The position numbers were made by a program, and so were the translations under genes. DNA of 64,000 nt from an uncultured Nitrospiraceae bacterium (GTDB lineage: Bacteria; Nitrospirota; Thermodesulfovibrionia; Thermodesulfovibrionales; SM23-35): assembly GCA_963727775.1 (NCBI GenBank), contig CAVSHB010000001.1, forward strand, positions 544,001 through 608,000. Reading direction: 5' to 3'. Below, piece after piece: positions 33,810-45,524 of the stretch. Numbering within the stretch: the first letter of the stretch is position 1; each line of letters starts with the position of its first letter. The notes below the pieces were generated by a model, which searched no databases, was not told the origin of the DNA, and was given only the letters and a program-made list of their open reading frames with translations.

Positions 33810-34961
33810 ATGGATATACCTTTTCACAGACCATATATAACTGAAGAAGAAATTGCCGAAGTGGTCGATTCCATGAAATCCGGATGGATTACGATGGGAC
33901 CGAAGACGATAAAATTTGAAAATGAATTCGGGCTATATATAGGCGCGAAAAATGCCGTGGCAGTCAATTCCTGCACGGCTGCATTGCACCTTGCATTAAA
34001 GGCAATCGGCTTAAAGTCCGGCGACGAAGTTATCGTCCCAACAATGACTTTTACGGCCACGGGCGAGGTTGTCTGCTACTTTGGGGCGAAGCCGGTGCTC
34101 GTAGACTCGGAAGAGAATACACATAACATCGATGTCGCTGAAATAGAAAAAGCTGTAACACCCAGGACCAAAGCTATTATCCCCGTTCATTACGCCGGCC
34201 AACCGTGCGACATGGACGAGATAATGCGGATAGCCGGAAGCCATAACCTGAGAGTGATTGAGGATGCGGCCCACTCTTTGCCGGCATGGTACAAAGAAAG
34301 AAAAGTAGGAACAATAGGAGACATAACGTGCTTCAGTTTTTATGCTACAAAAACACTCTCAACCGGTGAGGGCGGTATGGTCACTACCGGAAATGATGAG
34401 TGGGCTGAAAGAATAAGGATATTGAGATTACATGGTATTTCCAAAGATGCGTGGAAAAGATACTCAGGCGAAGGCTCCTGGTATTATGAGGTTGTGGAGG
34501 CCGGATATAAGTACAATATGACCGATATACAGGCCGCGTTAGGGTTGGCCCAGCTCAAGAAAGTCGAATGGATGTGGGGACAAAGAAGAGAAATAGCGGA
34601 CAGATACACTGAAGCATTCAAGGATTCGGAGATAATAAAACCCCCGCATGGTAAAGCGGACAGGATTTCCGCCTGGCATTTGTATGTGATTCAATTGAAT
34701 CTTGAGTCATTGAGCATCGATAGATCACGATTTATTGAAGAACTCAGAATAAGAGGAATCGGGGCGAGTGTGCATTTTATCCCTTTGCATAAACATCCTT
34801 TTTACAGGAATGCTTTTGGGTATAATTCCGTGGATTTTCCGGTTGCCGAAAGGTTTTATGAACGGATTGTATCTCTGCCGGTTTATCCGGGGATGAAGGA
34901 TAGTGATGTTAATGCTGTGATAGGAGCAGTGGAAGATGTCTGCAGGAAATTCAGAAGATAG
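33810..34961 (+). CDS. DegT/DnrJ/EryC1/StrS family sugar aminotransferase
   Basis: SGWITMGP, NSCTAALHL, EDAAH, SFYATKTLSTGEGG, GYKYNMTD. Confidence 0.95.
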   Translation: MDIPFHRPYITEEEIAEVVDSMKSGWITMGPKTIKFENEFGLYIGAKNAVAVNSCTAALHLALKAIGLKSGDEVIVPTMTFTATGEVVCYFGAKPVLVDSEENTHNIDVAEIEKAVTPRTKAIIPVHYAGQPCDMDEIMRIAGSHNLRVIEDAAHSLPAWYKERKVGTIGDITCFSFYATKTLSTGEGGMVTTGNDEWAERIRILRLHGISKDAWKRYSGEGSWYYEVVEAGYKYNMTDIQAALGLAQLKKVEWMWGQRREIADRYTEAFKDSEIIKPPHGKADRISAWHLYVIQLNLESLSIDRSRFIEELRIRGIGASVHFIPLHKHPFYRNAFGYNSVDFPVAERFYERIVSLPVYPGMKDSDVNAVIGAVEDVCRKFRR

Positions 34962-35577
34962 GACCAAAGGGTTTTATGGAAGATACGGGAAGCGATTTTT
35001 TGATCTAACGCTGTCAGTCCCTTCTATTATTATCCTTTCCCCGGTATTCCTGATAAGCGCAATTGTAATCAAGCTTGAAACGCCCGGACCCGTTTCTTTT
35101 ACCCAGGAGAGAATAGGCTGTGGCGGAAGATCGTTTAAGCTTTATAAATTCAGGACAATGGTGAAAGACGCCGCGAAGATCGGCCCTCCCGTGACCCCCG
35201 CAAATGATCCGAGGATTACGAGAGTTGGAAAACTGTTGAGAAAATTCAAGATCGATGAGATGCTGCAGATATTTAATGTGATTAAAGGCGACATGAGCGT
35301 GATTGGTCCGAGGCCGGAGGTCGGGAAATATGTGGACCAATGCAAGGATGATTATAAAGAAATATTAAGAATTAAACCGGGCATGACGGATTATGCCTTA
35401 ATCGCTTTTAGGAATGAGGAAGAAATACTGAGCAAGTTCGACAATATTGAAGAAGGATATATAAAAGAAGTTTTGCCTGAAAAGATAAGGCTTTATAAAA
35501 AATATATGGAAGAGATGAGCTTTTTGACCGATATGAAAATATTTTTCAGGACGATCATGGAAATACTGGGAAGATGA
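34936..35577 (+). CDS. Priming phosphoglycosyl transferase (Bac_transf family)
   Basis: KRFFDL, LYKFRTM, DPRITRVG, KIDEMLQIFNV.KGDMSVIGPRPE, KPGMT. Confidence 0.93.
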   Translation: MSAGNSEDRTKGFYGRYGKRFFDLTLSVPSIIILSPVFLISAIVIKLETPGPVSFTQERIGCGGRSFKLYKFRTMVKDAAKIGPPVTPANDPRITRVGKLLRKFKIDEMLQIFNVIKGDMSVIGPRPEVGKYVDQCKDDYKEILRIKPGMTDYALIAFRNEEEILSKFDNIEEGYIKEVLPEKIRLYKKYMEEMSFLTDMKIFFRTIMEILGR

Positions 35578-37465
35578 GAAAATACATAATCTCTATTATA
35601 GATAAGGGACGGAAGTATAAGAGGATATTAGTCCCTTTCGGGGAAGCAGGTTTCCTCGTGGTGGTATTGTTTTTATCGTATTGGATAAGACTCGGCAGTA
35701 TCGACAAAGGATATGTGTCCGCAATTTATTTATCTGGCCGCAATCGTGGTCCCGATGAAAATTGCATTATTTTGGATGTTCAGGCTTTATCATATCTCAT
35801 TCCGGTTTATCTCTATGTACGAAATCATCGCTGTTCTGAAGGCGTCTTTTGTTTCGACTCTCATCTTTGCTTTGCTTATTATGGTATTCAGAGATGTGCC
35901 TTTTTTAAAGGGGTTCCCGAGGTCCGTTGTTTTCATAGACTTTATGTTTACTTTTCTCACAGGTTCAGGCTTAAGGCTTGCGTTTACGTTGTTTTATTTC
36001 CCGCAGATAAAGGGAGAAGGGAAAATAAAGGCACTGGTAGTCGGAGCGGGCAGCGCCGGGGTACAGTTGGTGAGGGAGATGATAACATCCCCTCATTCAA
36101 GATATATCCCGGTCGCTTTTGTCGACGATGATCCCGGCAAGCAGGGAAGCATAATACACGGGGTAAGGATCGAAGGAAGAAAAGAAGATATACCGGGAGT
36201 AGCGGACGATCTTCAGGTGGAGGAGATTATCATATCCATACCTTCCGCTTCTTCGGATCGAATTAAAGAAAGTCATGGAATATGTGAGAGCGTCGGGTGT
36301 TAAAAATGTAAAAATATTGCCGGGATTATTTCATATCCTCTCAGGCAATGCCGCCCTTGGTGAGATAAGAGATATAATCCCTGAAGACCTTTTGGGAAGA
36401 GAACCGGTAAAAATAGATTCTGAAAAAATTGCTTCTTATCTGACAGGGAAACGTATCCTGGTCACCGGCGCCGGCGGGTCTATCGGCTCCGAGCTTTGCA
36501 GACAGCTGGCAAGCTTTGAGCCTTCATCCCTTATTATGCTCGATACCGGGGAGACAGAGCTTTTTTATATAGACAGGGAGATGAAAGAAAAGTTCGGTAA
36601 GATACCCGTGACTTCAATAATAGCGGACGTAAAAGATATGGTAGGCATGAGGAGCATTTTTTCTCGCTATGTACCCCAGGTGGTCTTTCATGCCGCGGCT
36701 TATAAGCATGTGCCTCTCATGGAGACAAACCTCAGAGAGGCTGTGCTGAACAACATTGAAGGGACAAGAGTGACCGCGCTTTGCTCCATAGAGCGCGGCG
36801 TCGAAAAATTTATCTTTATTTCGACGGATAAGGCAATAAATCCCACCAGCATAATGGGAGCTTCAAAAAGGGTATGCGAGAAATTTCTCGGATGTTTGAA
36901 CAGTAAAGGATGCAGGTTTATTTCAGTCCGGTTTGGAAATGTACTGGAAAGCAGGGGGAGCGTTATCCCCATATTTAAAGAGCAGATTAAGAAAGGCGGT
37001 CCGGTCACCATCACTCACCCGGATATGAAGCGATATCTCATGAGCATCACCGAGGCTGTCGGGTTGGTTCTTCAGGCTGGAGCAATGGGGGAGGGCAGCG
37101 AGGTTTTTGTTTTAGATATGGGCGAGCCTGTAAATATCCTTGCCTTAGCGCATGATATAATCCGTTTCTACGGGTTTGAGCCGGATAAGGACATCCCGAT
37201 TGTTTTTACGGGCAAAAGACCGGGGGAAAAATTGTTTGAAGAACTTCTTACTGCCGAAGAGGGGACTTCAGCGACAAAGCACGAAAAGATTTATATCGCC
37301 CATGTTACCGACAAGCCCGGATTTGAATATATCGACAAAGTGGAGAACCTTATCACTATAGCCAGAAACGATGCTGAAAATAAAAATATTGTTCTTTTAC
37401 TTAAAGAGCTGGTCCCCACTTATCAGCCCGGAGACGGTCCGATAGGCAAAGTTGCTGATTGTTGA
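35574..37465 (+). CDS. CapD/PglF/WbpM-type nucleotide-sugar 4,6-dehydratase, frameshifts near 35715 and 36270
   Basis: N-terminal TM segments, VGAGSAG, EDLLGREPV, TGAGGSIGSELCRQ, HAAAYKHVP, STDKA, MGASK, VRFGNVL.SRGSV, RPGEKLFEEL. Confidence 0.9.
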
Positions 37466-37466
37466 T

Positions 37467-38612
37467 ATGAAAAATATCCCGGGAGAAATGGAACTGCTGC
37501 TTCTGCTTTCAAGGGTCAGCCCTGAAGCGTCAACCGTTGAAAAAGCACAGAATATTATAAACTCTTCTGTCAACTGGGATTTATTCACCGCCCTGTCTTT
37601 AAAACACGGCACGTCCGCTATTATTTATAAAAATCTTTACAGACTGCAAAACGTACCGGAACACATAATAAAGAAATATAAAGGCATTTATAATAATTTA
37701 TTGCGAAAGAACATACTGATGATCTCCGAGCTCGACAGGATCATTGACGGCCTGAACAGAAAAAACATAGAGGTCATATCACTTAAAGGCGCTGCAACAT
37801 CAGAAAAAATATTCGGTGACATAGGGATATATCCGTCAGGCGATATAGACATGCTCGTGAAGGTGGAAGATGTCGACAAGGTCAGAGAATTTCTTGAAAA
37901 CGACGGATACTCACTGAACGATGCAGGCTTCGAAAAATACAAAGGATATTATCTTAAAGAACAGTATCATATCAGTCTGACAAAAGACATGTATACGGTT
38001 GAGCCCCACTGGAACCTGTTCATGAGATACTTCAATTCCGCTCCGGAGTTCTGGTGGGAAGAAAGCAACAGCGTCTTATCCGGAGGCAGACAATACATGT
38101 TCCTATCGCCTGAAAGAAATATTCTTTACGGTTCTTTCAGACTGTTTTCTCAGGCGTTTAATTACTTGCGGTTTTTGGTCATGGTAGCAGAGATGATCAG
38201 GTATTACAGGAAAGAAATAGACTGGAACAAATTATTTATTTATGCGGACCGGTTTCAGTTTCAGCATGTCCTGGCAGTTGTTCTGAGATTGTCGAATGAG
38301 TTGTTGGGCGCGCCGGTGCCGAAAGAACTGATTGAGTTGAAAAGATTCAGAACGCGATTACTTTATAAATATGCCGGTAGAATATTGATGCAGGAAAAAA
38401 ATGTTAATAATAACTTTAATGTCCGGTATAAAATATTATTGACGCTATTGAGTACTGATTTTTCAAGGGCTTTCAGGATCTTTTCCCGCCGGATTTTCCC
38501 TTCTAAAGGAGAAATAGTTGCCCGTTATGGAATCCCTGAAGGATCGTATAAAATGATAATTTATTATTTGTTGAATCCTATTCTAATTTTGACCAGAAAA
38601 GATCTGCCCTAA
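37467..38612 (+). CDS. Nucleotidyltransferase family protein (NTP_transf_5-like)
   Basis: SLKG...SGDIDMLV...VEPHW motifs. Confidence 0.8.
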   Translation: MKNIPGEMELLLLLSRVSPEASTVEKAQNIINSSVNWDLFTALSLKHGTSAIIYKNLYRLQNVPEHIIKKYKGIYNNLLRKNILMISELDRIIDGLNRKNIEVISLKGAATSEKIFGDIGIYPSGDIDMLVKVEDVDKVREFLENDGYSLNDAGFEKYKGYYLKEQYHISLTKDMYTVEPHWNLFMRYFNSAPEFWWEESNSVLSGGRQYMFLSPERNILYGSFRLFSQAFNYLRFLVMVAEMIRYYRKEIDWNKLFIYADRFQFQHVLAVVLRLSNELLGAPVPKELIELKRFRTRLLYKYAGRILMQEKNVNNNFNVRYKILLTLLSTDFSRAFRIFSRRIFPSKGEIVARYGIPEGSYKMIIYYLLNPILILTRKDLP

Positions 38613-39859
38613 ACTTTTATCCTGCCGTAGTTCACTCCTTTTTCCGGACCTTCTATCCTGAAGAGTCCGTCATTCCCCAATAAATGCTTTAGTCTTTCCG
38701 TATCAATGCTGTTATAGAAGACTGGTTTGATGAATGTCGGGTCGTCGATATTGCCCAAAAGATTATCTTTCAATTTAGCGTCCTTCATAATGATATCCGT
38801 AATCTGCAATGATTTATACAGCCTGATATAAGTGTTTACCCCAACGCTGTCCGGCAGCGGCCTCCGCAGGACATCAAAATATTCCGATAGGTTATCGCCG
38901 GTCTCATAGGGAAATCCCGTGAGAAAATCTATCGCTACTTTTATGCCGGAGGACTTAGCGCCGAAGACGAACTTTTCATAATCCGTCCAATAGAGAGGGC
39001 ATTTCTTCCATGAATCCACCGACAATGTTATAAGGTAGACGCCTGTATCTTTCAACAACTTGAACAATTTTTTGTTGAAATTCGCAGGTTTCATGTACAC
39101 AGCCCATTTGATGCCTAAGCCTGCTTTTTTCAGGGCTGTACAGAAATTAATTGTATAATCAAGGTTCTCGTTGAACTCCGAATCGCAGAGGTGAAAGTTG
39201 TCATAACCGATATCCACGAAACTTTTTATCTCTTCAATAACGTCTTCAGGGTCCTTGAAAGACACCCGCGAATTTGCCTCGATACAGAACACGCACGAAG
39301 AACTGCATCCTTTGTGCGTCTCAAATCCGATGACCCCGCCGGCTTCAGTGTATTTTTTGTAATCGATCTTAAGCGGTCTTCGCCGGCACGAAATCCCACC
39401 CGCAGTTTTACCGTGATGGACCTTTCTCCCGGTATCGGAACGCCCCATCTTATCTAAAACCGCGTGGATCGTATTTTCAGCAGGTCCCGCGATAGCATAG
39501 TCGGCGTTCAGATATTCAAGCGTTCCTTCCGGGTTTGTCAAAACGCCGGTGCCGCCGATTATTACTTTAAGCCCGTGGCCGGATTTTATATGGTCAATGA
39601 TGTCTTTTATCTCGTCAAGGAAAAACTCATTCGTGTGATAAAGAACGCTGTCCGCATTTCTCACCGCTATCCCCACTACCTCAGGTTTGAAAGAAATGAT
39701 CGAGTTGTCTATGTCTTTATAAGACTCCCCGGAAAAGCATAAATCAACAATTTCAGCCGCGTGGCCTTTCTCTTCAAGGGAGGCGGTTATATATTCAAGC
39801 CCTAACGGAGGGACAGGAGGAGATTTATATCTGTTCGGATTAACAAGTAATACCTTCAT
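38609..39859 (-). CDS. Cobalamin-binding radical SAM protein
   Basis: VLLVNP..PPLGLEYI B12-binding N-terminus, VRNAD; KGCSSSCVFC CxxxCxxC; CDSEFN; GFPYET. Confidence 0.9.
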   Translation of the reverse strand: MKVLLVNPNRYKSPPVPPLGLEYITASLEEKGHAAEIVDLCFSGESYKDIDNSIISFKPEVVGIAVRNADSVLYHTNEFFLDEIKDIIDHIKSGHGLKVIIGGTGVLTNPEGTLEYLNADYAIAGPAENTIHAVLDKMGRSDTGRKVHHGKTAGGISCRRRPLKIDYKKYTEAGGVIGFETHKGCSSSCVFCIEANSRVSFKDPEDVIEEIKSFVDIGYDNFHLCDSEFNENLDYTINFCTALKKAGLGIKWAVYMKPANFNKKLFKLLKDTGVYLITLSVDSWKKCPLYWTDYEKFVFGAKSSGIKVAIDFLTGFPYETGDNLSEYFDVLRRPLPDSVGVNTYIRLYKSLQITDIIMKDAKLKDNLLGNIDDPTFIKPVFYNSIDTERLKHLLGNDGLFRIEGPEKGVNYGRIKV

Positions 39860-39870
39860 GCTGTCGGCTG

Positions 39871-40656
39871 CTACGTTATGTCAGCCTGGGAAAAAATTGT
39901 TTCGTCACGGAATGCCTTAATTAAGTAGATGGTCTTTCTGATATTTTCATCGAGGATATCTACCATAGCGGCATCGAGCCCGGCACCGGCCATATAACCG
40001 AGAAAAGTGGCTTCAAGAGGTTTTCTCAACGCTTTCGGCAGTCCCGTTGAAATATTCGAGACCCAGGCAATAGTATTGATCGGCGGCTCTACAAGCTCTT
40101 TCAGCAACTGAATACATTCATGAGAATTTACAAGATGCTTCTGCCCCATGCCCCTGCCTATATGGACAATTGAAGGGTCGGCAAATAGCCTCTCATTGGG
40201 TATATCGGCTTCATTTGCCTTTTCAAGGAGGTCTTCGATGATCTGCAGTTTTGCTTCCAATGATGAGGGGATTGCTCCGCTTGAAGCTCTAATGACCAGG
40301 GAGGCGCCGGATTTCGACACAATTGAAAACAGGGTTTCAGTATCTTCAGGCTCGATCTTTGAGATAAAGTTGATGAGGGGCGGCTTTGTACACAGCGGCA
40401 CCGACTTCTTGAGCGCGGCGGTGTTTCTTGAATCAAGAGATATGCCGCACTTCGTGGTTTCACAGAGTATCTCTGTGACCCAGGGCAAGGTCTCCTCATC
40501 CCCGGACCCGTCCAGAGAACACTGGATATTGATTATGTCGGCCCCGGATTCTTTCAGTCTTTTCGCAAGCTCCGCCACGGTCTTTTTGTCCTTCTTCATT
40601 ACCGCATCCATATAAATCTTGTTCCTCGTATTGAAGTTGTCTGCTATTGTTATCAT
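39871..40656 (-). CDS. Pterin-binding TIM-barrel protein, AcsE/MeTr-like (methyltetrahydrofolate:corrinoid methyltransferase family)
   Basis: SLDSRN, LINFIS, FADP, VSNISTGLP, AGLDAAMVD; GGGAGG RBS before ATG 40656. Confidence 0.8.
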   Translation of the reverse strand: MITIADNFNTRNKIYMDAVMKKDKKTVAELAKRLKESGADIINIQCSLDGSGDEETLPWVTEILCETTKCGISLDSRNTAALKKSVPLCTKPPLINFISKIEPEDTETLFSIVSKSGASLVIRASSGAIPSSLEAKLQIIEDLLEKANEADIPNERLFADPSIVHIGRGMGQKHLVNSHECIQLLKELVEPPINTIAWVSNISTGLPKALRKPLEATFLGYMAGAGLDAAMVDILDENIRKTIYLIKAFRDETIFSQADIT

Positions 40657-40724
40657 TTTGTCCTCCCTGTTAAAGTCTGAAACCAAACGATAAATTTATA
40701 TACAAATTATATCATGCCTTTACT

Positions 40725-42722
40725 CTACTTAACCTTTATCCCCACCTCGATCATCCTGCTTTTGATCTCCTTAATCTTGTCCCTTATCTTTGCGGCCAGC
40801 TCAAATTCAAGTTTTTTCGCGGCTTCTTTCATTTCCGACTCAAGCCTCTGCAACGCCGCCTCATCATATCCATATTCAGCTTTTTCCTCTGCTGCGGCAG
40901 GGACCGTCCAGTAATCGGCTTCGTAGATGGAACTGAGTATGTCCTTGATGTTCGACTTTACCGTCTCAGGGGTAATTCCCATTTTTTTATTATAATCTTT
41001 CTGTAATTTTCTTCGCCTTTCCGTTTCATTCAGCGCCTTGCGCATGGAGTTTGTGATGGTGTCCGCATACAAGATCACCTCTCCGTTGATGTTCCTTGCA
41101 GCACGGCCTGCCGTCTGTATCAATGAGCGTTCCGAGCGCAGAAACCCTTCTTTGTCCGCATCAAGGATTGCGACGAGGGAGACCTCAGGCAGATCAAGCC
41201 CTTCACGCAGGAGGTTGACTCCTATGAGGACATCGAATTCCCCGAGGCGAAGGTCTCTTAAAATCCCGACCCTCTCAAGTGTGTCGATGCCGGAATGAAG
41301 GTATCTTGCCCGTACACCGAGGCCGGCATAGTGGTCGGTCAAATCTTCGGCCATCTTTTTGGTGAGTGTGGTCACCAATACCCTTTCACCTTTTTCAGCC
41401 CGTTTCTTTATCTCACCCATAAGATCATCCACCTGTCCGGATATGGGCCGTACGATAAGTTTTGGGTCAATAAGGCCGGTGGGCCTTATTATCTGTTCGA
41501 CAACATGACCACTTGATTTTTCGAATTCATAAGCGCCGGGAGTAGCGGAAATGTAAACCGCCTGTTTGACCCTGTGCTCGAATTCAGCGAATCTGAGCGG
41601 CCTGTTATCCAGTGCGGAGGGGAGTCTGAACCCATAATTGATAAGGGTCTGTTTTCTCGACCTGTCGCCCTCGTACATCCCGCCGATCTGCGGAACAGTG
41701 GCATGTGACTCATCAATAACTATCAGAAAGTCTTCGGGGAAGTAATCAATCAACGTATACGGCGCCTCTCCGGGCGACCTTCCACTCAGGTGGCGGGAAT
41801 AATTCTCTATACCGTGGCAGTACCCGAACTCTTTCAGCATTTCCAGGTCGAACCTCGTCCTCTCTTCAATCCTTTGGGCCTCCAGAGGCTTCCCATCTCT
41901 TAAAAAAAATTCGATCCTTTCTACCATCTCTTTTTCTATATTCTTCAAAGCGGGATCGATTCTTTCCCTCGGGGTTATCCAGTGGCTGTTCGGGAAAATG
42001 GAAAGTCTTTCAAGCCTCCTTATTCTCTCACCCGTCAGTGGATCGAATTCATGAAGAGCGTCAATATCATCTCCGAAAAATTCTATGCGTATTCCTTTGT
42101 CGAGAGAAAAAGACGGGTGGATCTCCACAATATCACCCCTGACCCTGAATGATCCCCTCTTGAATTCTACGTCTGAGCGGACGTACTGCATATCGGTCAA
42201 TCTTTTCAGTATCTCGTCGCGCTCGGTGTGCATTCCTTCTTCAATAACAAGATGCATATCCATATAATCCTGCGGAGAGCCGATGCCGTAAATGCAGGAG
42301 ACAGAGGCCACGACAATTGTGTCCCGTCTTTCAAGGACGGCCCTTGTCGCCGAATGCCTCAGCCTGTCTATGTCATCATTTATCATTGCGTCTTTTTCTA
42401 TATATGTATCGGTTGTCGGAATATAGGCTTCCGGCTGATAGTAGTCGTAGTAGCTTACAAAGAACTCTACGGAATTCTCAGGAAAAAGCTCTTTAAACTC
42501 GCTGTAGAGCTGCGCCGCGAGGGTCTTGTTATGGGCGATTACAAGGGCAGGACTGTTTATGTCTGCGATCACATTGGCAATTGTGAAAGTCTTCCCTGAA
42601 CCGGTGACTCCCAGGAGGACCTGGTCCTTCAGACCTTTTTGCAGGCCTTTTGTGAGCTCGGCAACAGCCCTTGGCTGGTCGCCTTTCGGAGAGAAAGAAG
42701 TGACAAGTTTAAATTTATCCAT
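40725..42722 (-). CDS. uvrB: Excinuclease ABC subunit B
   Basis: [43 protein letters not shown]-terminal UVR domain. Confidence 0.98.
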   Translation of the reverse strand: MDKFKLVTSFSPKGDQPRAVAELTKGLQKGLKDQVLLGVTGSGKTFTIANVIADINSPALVIAHNKTLAAQLYSEFKELFPENSVEFFVSYYDYYQPEAYIPTTDTYIEKDAMINDDIDRLRHSATRAVLERRDTIVVASVSCIYGIGSPQDYMDMHLVIEEGMHTERDEILKRLTDMQYVRSDVEFKRGSFRVRGDIVEIHPSFSLDKGIRIEFFGDDIDALHEFDPLTGERIRRLERLSIFPNSHWITPRERIDPALKNIEKEMVERIEFFLRDGKPLEAQRIEERTRFDLEMLKEFGYCHGIENYSRHLSGRSPGEAPYTLIDYFPEDFLIVIDESHATVPQIGGMYEGDRSRKQTLINYGFRLPSALDNRPLRFAEFEHRVKQAVYISATPGAYEFEKSSGHVVEQIIRPTGLIDPKLIVRPISGQVDDLMGEIKKRAEKGERVLVTTLTKKMAEDLTDHYAGLGVRARYLHSGIDTLERVGILRDLRLGEFDVLIGVNLLREGLDLPEVSLVAILDADKEGFLRSERSLIQTAGRAARNINGEVILYADTITNSMRKALNETERRRKLQKDYNKKMGITPETVKSNIKDILSSIYEADYWTVPAAAEEKAEYGYDEAALQRLESEMKEAAKKLEFELAAKIRDKIKEIKSRMIEVGIKVK

Positions 42723-43368
42723 TTAACTTGATCCCGGAAAGGTCTTGTAACGGACACTCATCACATGACGGTTTTTGCTTCTTACAGAATGTTTTCCCAA
42801 GTTTGACAAAAAGGGCATGATATTCATTCCAAAGCTTCAAATCTTTTTTCAGTGAAGAATGAAACAGCGCCTGGAATTCATTGTAGGATTTGTCATAGTC
42901 CATGACCCCGTGCCTTGAGAGCACCCTTTTGGTGTAGGCGTCAATGACAAAGACAGGTTTTTCGAGTGCATAAAGGAGGATTGAATCGGCTGTTTCAGGG
43001 CCGATCCCGTTGATACCGACGAGTTTTTCCCTCAGGGCACTGATATCCCCGCGTTGCATCCTTTGCATGCTCCCGTGATATTCATTCATGAGAAACCCGA
43101 TAAAGGACTTAAGCCTTTTTGCCTTTACATTGAAATATCCCGCCGGCCTTATAAGTTCGGCAAGTTTTCCGGAGGGCATTTCATGAATGACCTTTGCCGA
43201 GAGGGCGTTGTTCTTTTTCAGATTGCGTATGGCCTTTTCTACATTACCCCAGTTTGTGTTCTGCGTAAGGATGGCGCCCACCGCAATTTCAAACGGTGTA
43301 TCGCCGGGCCACCAGTGCTGGGGTCCAAAGGCTTGATATAATTTCCGATACATTTCGAACAGGCTCAT
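42715..43368 (-). CDS. Endonuclease III-related HhH-GPD protein
   Basis: [38 protein letters not shown]-terminal Cys cluster. Confidence 0.9.
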   Translation of the reverse strand: MSLFEMYRKLYQAFGPQHWWPGDTPFEIAVGAILTQNTNWGNVEKAIRNLKKNNALSAKVIHEMPSGKLAELIRPAGYFNVKAKRLKSFIGFLMNEYHGSMQRMQRGDISALREKLVGINGIGPETADSILLYALEKPVFVIDAYTKRVLSRHGVMDYDKSYNEFQALFHSSLKKDLKLWNEYHALFVKLGKTFCKKQKPSCDECPLQDLSGIKLNG

Positions 43369-43489
43369 AAGTTCTCCCTATCCATTATTTTACATTAGAA
43401 TAAAAATTCCCCGGTAGATCAACTTGTTTATCCGCGAATAATCTCCTATAATATTAAATTCATCTTACAATTAAGAAACCGGAGGGAAT

Positions 43490-43990
43490 ATGCTGATTAA
43501 GGGCAGAGTCTGGAGATTCGGGAATGACATAGATACAGATGCAATTATTCCGGCGAGGTATCTGAATACCTCTGATCCGAAAGAGCTTGCAAGGCATGTG
43601 ATGGAGGATGCCGATAAAGAGTTTTCAAGTAAGATAAAATCGGGTGATTTCATTGTTGCCGGCAAAAACTTCGGCTGCGGTTCATCGAGAGAACATGCGC
43701 CGATTGCGATAAAAGCGGCAGGCATTCAGGCCGTCATAGCTAAGAGTTTTGCTAGGATCTTTTACCGCAATGCGTTTAACATAGGGCTTCCTATCTTTGA
43801 ATCTTCCGAGGTCTCAGAGAAGATCAGGGAGGCTGATGAGATAGAGATTGACGCGGAAAAAGGATTAATAAAAAATCTGACAACGAATGAAGAATACAAA
43901 GCCAATCCAATCCCTCCGTTTATGCAGGAATTGATCAATGCCGGCGGGCTGATTGAGTGGACGAAGAAGAAGTTAGAAGTTAAGATTTGA
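43490..43990 (+). CDS. leuD: 3-isopropylmalate dehydratase small subunit
   Basis: [39 protein letters not shown]; adjacent to leuB. Confidence 0.92.
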   Translation: MLIKGRVWRFGNDIDTDAIIPARYLNTSDPKELARHVMEDADKEFSSKIKSGDFIVAGKNFGCGSSREHAPIAIKAAGIQAVIAKSFARIFYRNAFNIGLPIFESSEVSEKIREADEIEIDAEKGLIKNLTTNEEYKANPIPPFMQELINAGGLIEWTKKKLEVKI

Positions 43991-44020
43991 AAATTAAGCG
44001 GATAATACAGGAGAACACCC

Positions 44021-45094
44021 ATGAAATCTTATAATATTGCTGTTATACCCGGGGACGGTACCGGACCGGAGGTTATCCGGGAAGGCATTAAGGTATTAGA
44101 TGCGGTCTCGGCAAGGTTCGGCATCAAGTTTAATTTCAATTATTATAATTTCGGGGGGACACAGTATCTAAAGACAGGCGAGGTCTTGCCGGAAAGTGCG
44201 ATCGATGAACTGAAAAAATATGATTCAATCTATCTCGGCGCCATAGGACACCCGGAAGTGAAACCCGGCATACTGGAAAAGGGCATCTTATTAAGATTGA
44301 GGTTCGAGCTTGATCAATATATAAATCTCAGGCCCGTCAAGCTATATCCCGGAGTAGACTGCCCTTTGAAGAACAAAAAACCCGATGATATTGATTTTGT
44401 CGTAGTAAGAGAAAATACCGAGGGGCTCTATACGGGATCGGGAGGCGTTCTCAAAAAAGGGACCCCCGATGAAGTTGCGATACAGGACTCAATTAATACG
44501 AGAAAGGGCGTTGAAAGGTGCATCCGGTTTGCATTTGAATACTGCAAAAAAAGGAACAAGGCCAAAAAGCTTACGCTGTGTGGTAAGACCAACGTCCTTA
44601 CGTTTGCATTCGACCTCTGGGAGAGGGCATTTTATGAGGTGGCCAAAGAATATCCTGATATTAAGGTCGATTACGCGCATGTGGATGCGACCACTATGTG
44701 GTTTATAAAAAACCCGGAATGGTTTGATGTCATCGTGACGGACAATATGTTCGGAGATATCATCACGGATTTAGGGGCCATGATACAAGGCGGGATGGGT
44801 ATCGCCGCGGGCGGAAACATAAATCCTGAAGGCGTATCGATGTTTGAGCCTATCGGAGGGTCGGCGCCGAAATATACAGGTCAGAATGTTGTGAATCCCC
44901 TGGCGGCCATTTGTGCTGCGGGGATGATGCTTGAACAAATCGGAGAAGAAAAGGCCGGTAAGCTTATAGAAAAGGCGGCCATAGAGGTGACAGGGAAACA
45001 TCTTAAGAGTCTTGCCGCCGGGAAGATGGGTTACAGTACAACCGAAGTAGGTGATCTTGTCGAAAAGTTTGTGTCCGAACTCAGTCTCGATTGA
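44021..45094 (+). CDS. leuB: 3-isopropylmalate dehydrogenase
   Basis: [41 protein letters not shown]. Confidence 0.92.
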   Translation: MKSYNIAVIPGDGTGPEVIREGIKVLDAVSARFGIKFNFNYYNFGGTQYLKTGEVLPESAIDELKKYDSIYLGAIGHPEVKPGILEKGILLRLRFELDQYINLRPVKLYPGVDCPLKNKKPDDIDFVVVRENTEGLYTGSGGVLKKGTPDEVAIQDSINTRKGVERCIRFAFEYCKKRNKAKKLTLCGKTNVLTFAFDLWERAFYEVAKEYPDIKVDYAHVDATTMWFIKNPEWFDVIVTDNMFGDIITDLGAMIQGGMGIAAGGNINPEGVSMFEPIGGSAPKYTGQNVVNPLAAICAAGMMLEQIGEEKAGKLIEKAAIEVTGKHLKSLAAGKMGYSTTEVGDLVEKFVSELSLD

Positions 45095-45120
45095 CAAAAT
45101 CTCGTTTATTTTGTTATAAA
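45091..45120 (+). promoter_or_regulatory. Sigma70-like promoter for tRNA-Asn
   Basis: TTGACA (45091-45096), 18-bp spacer, TGn-TATAAA (45115-45120). Confidence 0.6.
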
Positions 45121-45195
45121 ACAAATCTATCTCTGTAGATGCCCTGAAACGTAAATAGTCTTTAAACAGTTAAGGGTGTAACGTTCTTAAACTAC

Positions 45196-45271
45196 TCCCG
45201 GGTAGCTCAGCCGGCAGAGCAGGTGGCTGTTAACCACCCTGTCGGGGGTTCGAATCCCTCCCCGGGAGCCA
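45196..45271 (+). tRNA. tRNA-Asn (GTT)
   Basis: Acceptor TCCCGGG/CCCGGGA, D-arm GCTC/GAGC, anticodon stem GGTGG/CCACC with loop CTGTTAA, TTCGAAT T-loop, encoded CCA. Confidence 0.97.
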
Positions 45272-45524
45272 TACCTTAACACGTTGATTTTAAAGGAAAT
45301 AAATTTGCCGGCGTGTTACGCTCAGCAAAACTTTTTGCCCTGTACTCTAAATACTTCATAACCTATGCCTTGTATGCTTTAAACAGCTTTTTGTGCATTT
45401 TCGCCAAAACCGGAATTCATAAAATTTTTAACTTTTTAGCGAATTTCTCGGGATTATTTTACTCCTTACCACTATAGATCCGGGTTGAGATTTCAAAGAA
45501 GCTTTTTGTTATACTAACAAATAA

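Noticed and set aside
43490..45094. leuD-leuB without leuC as an anomaly
   Set aside because: Split leu operons are common; leuC is probably elsewhere
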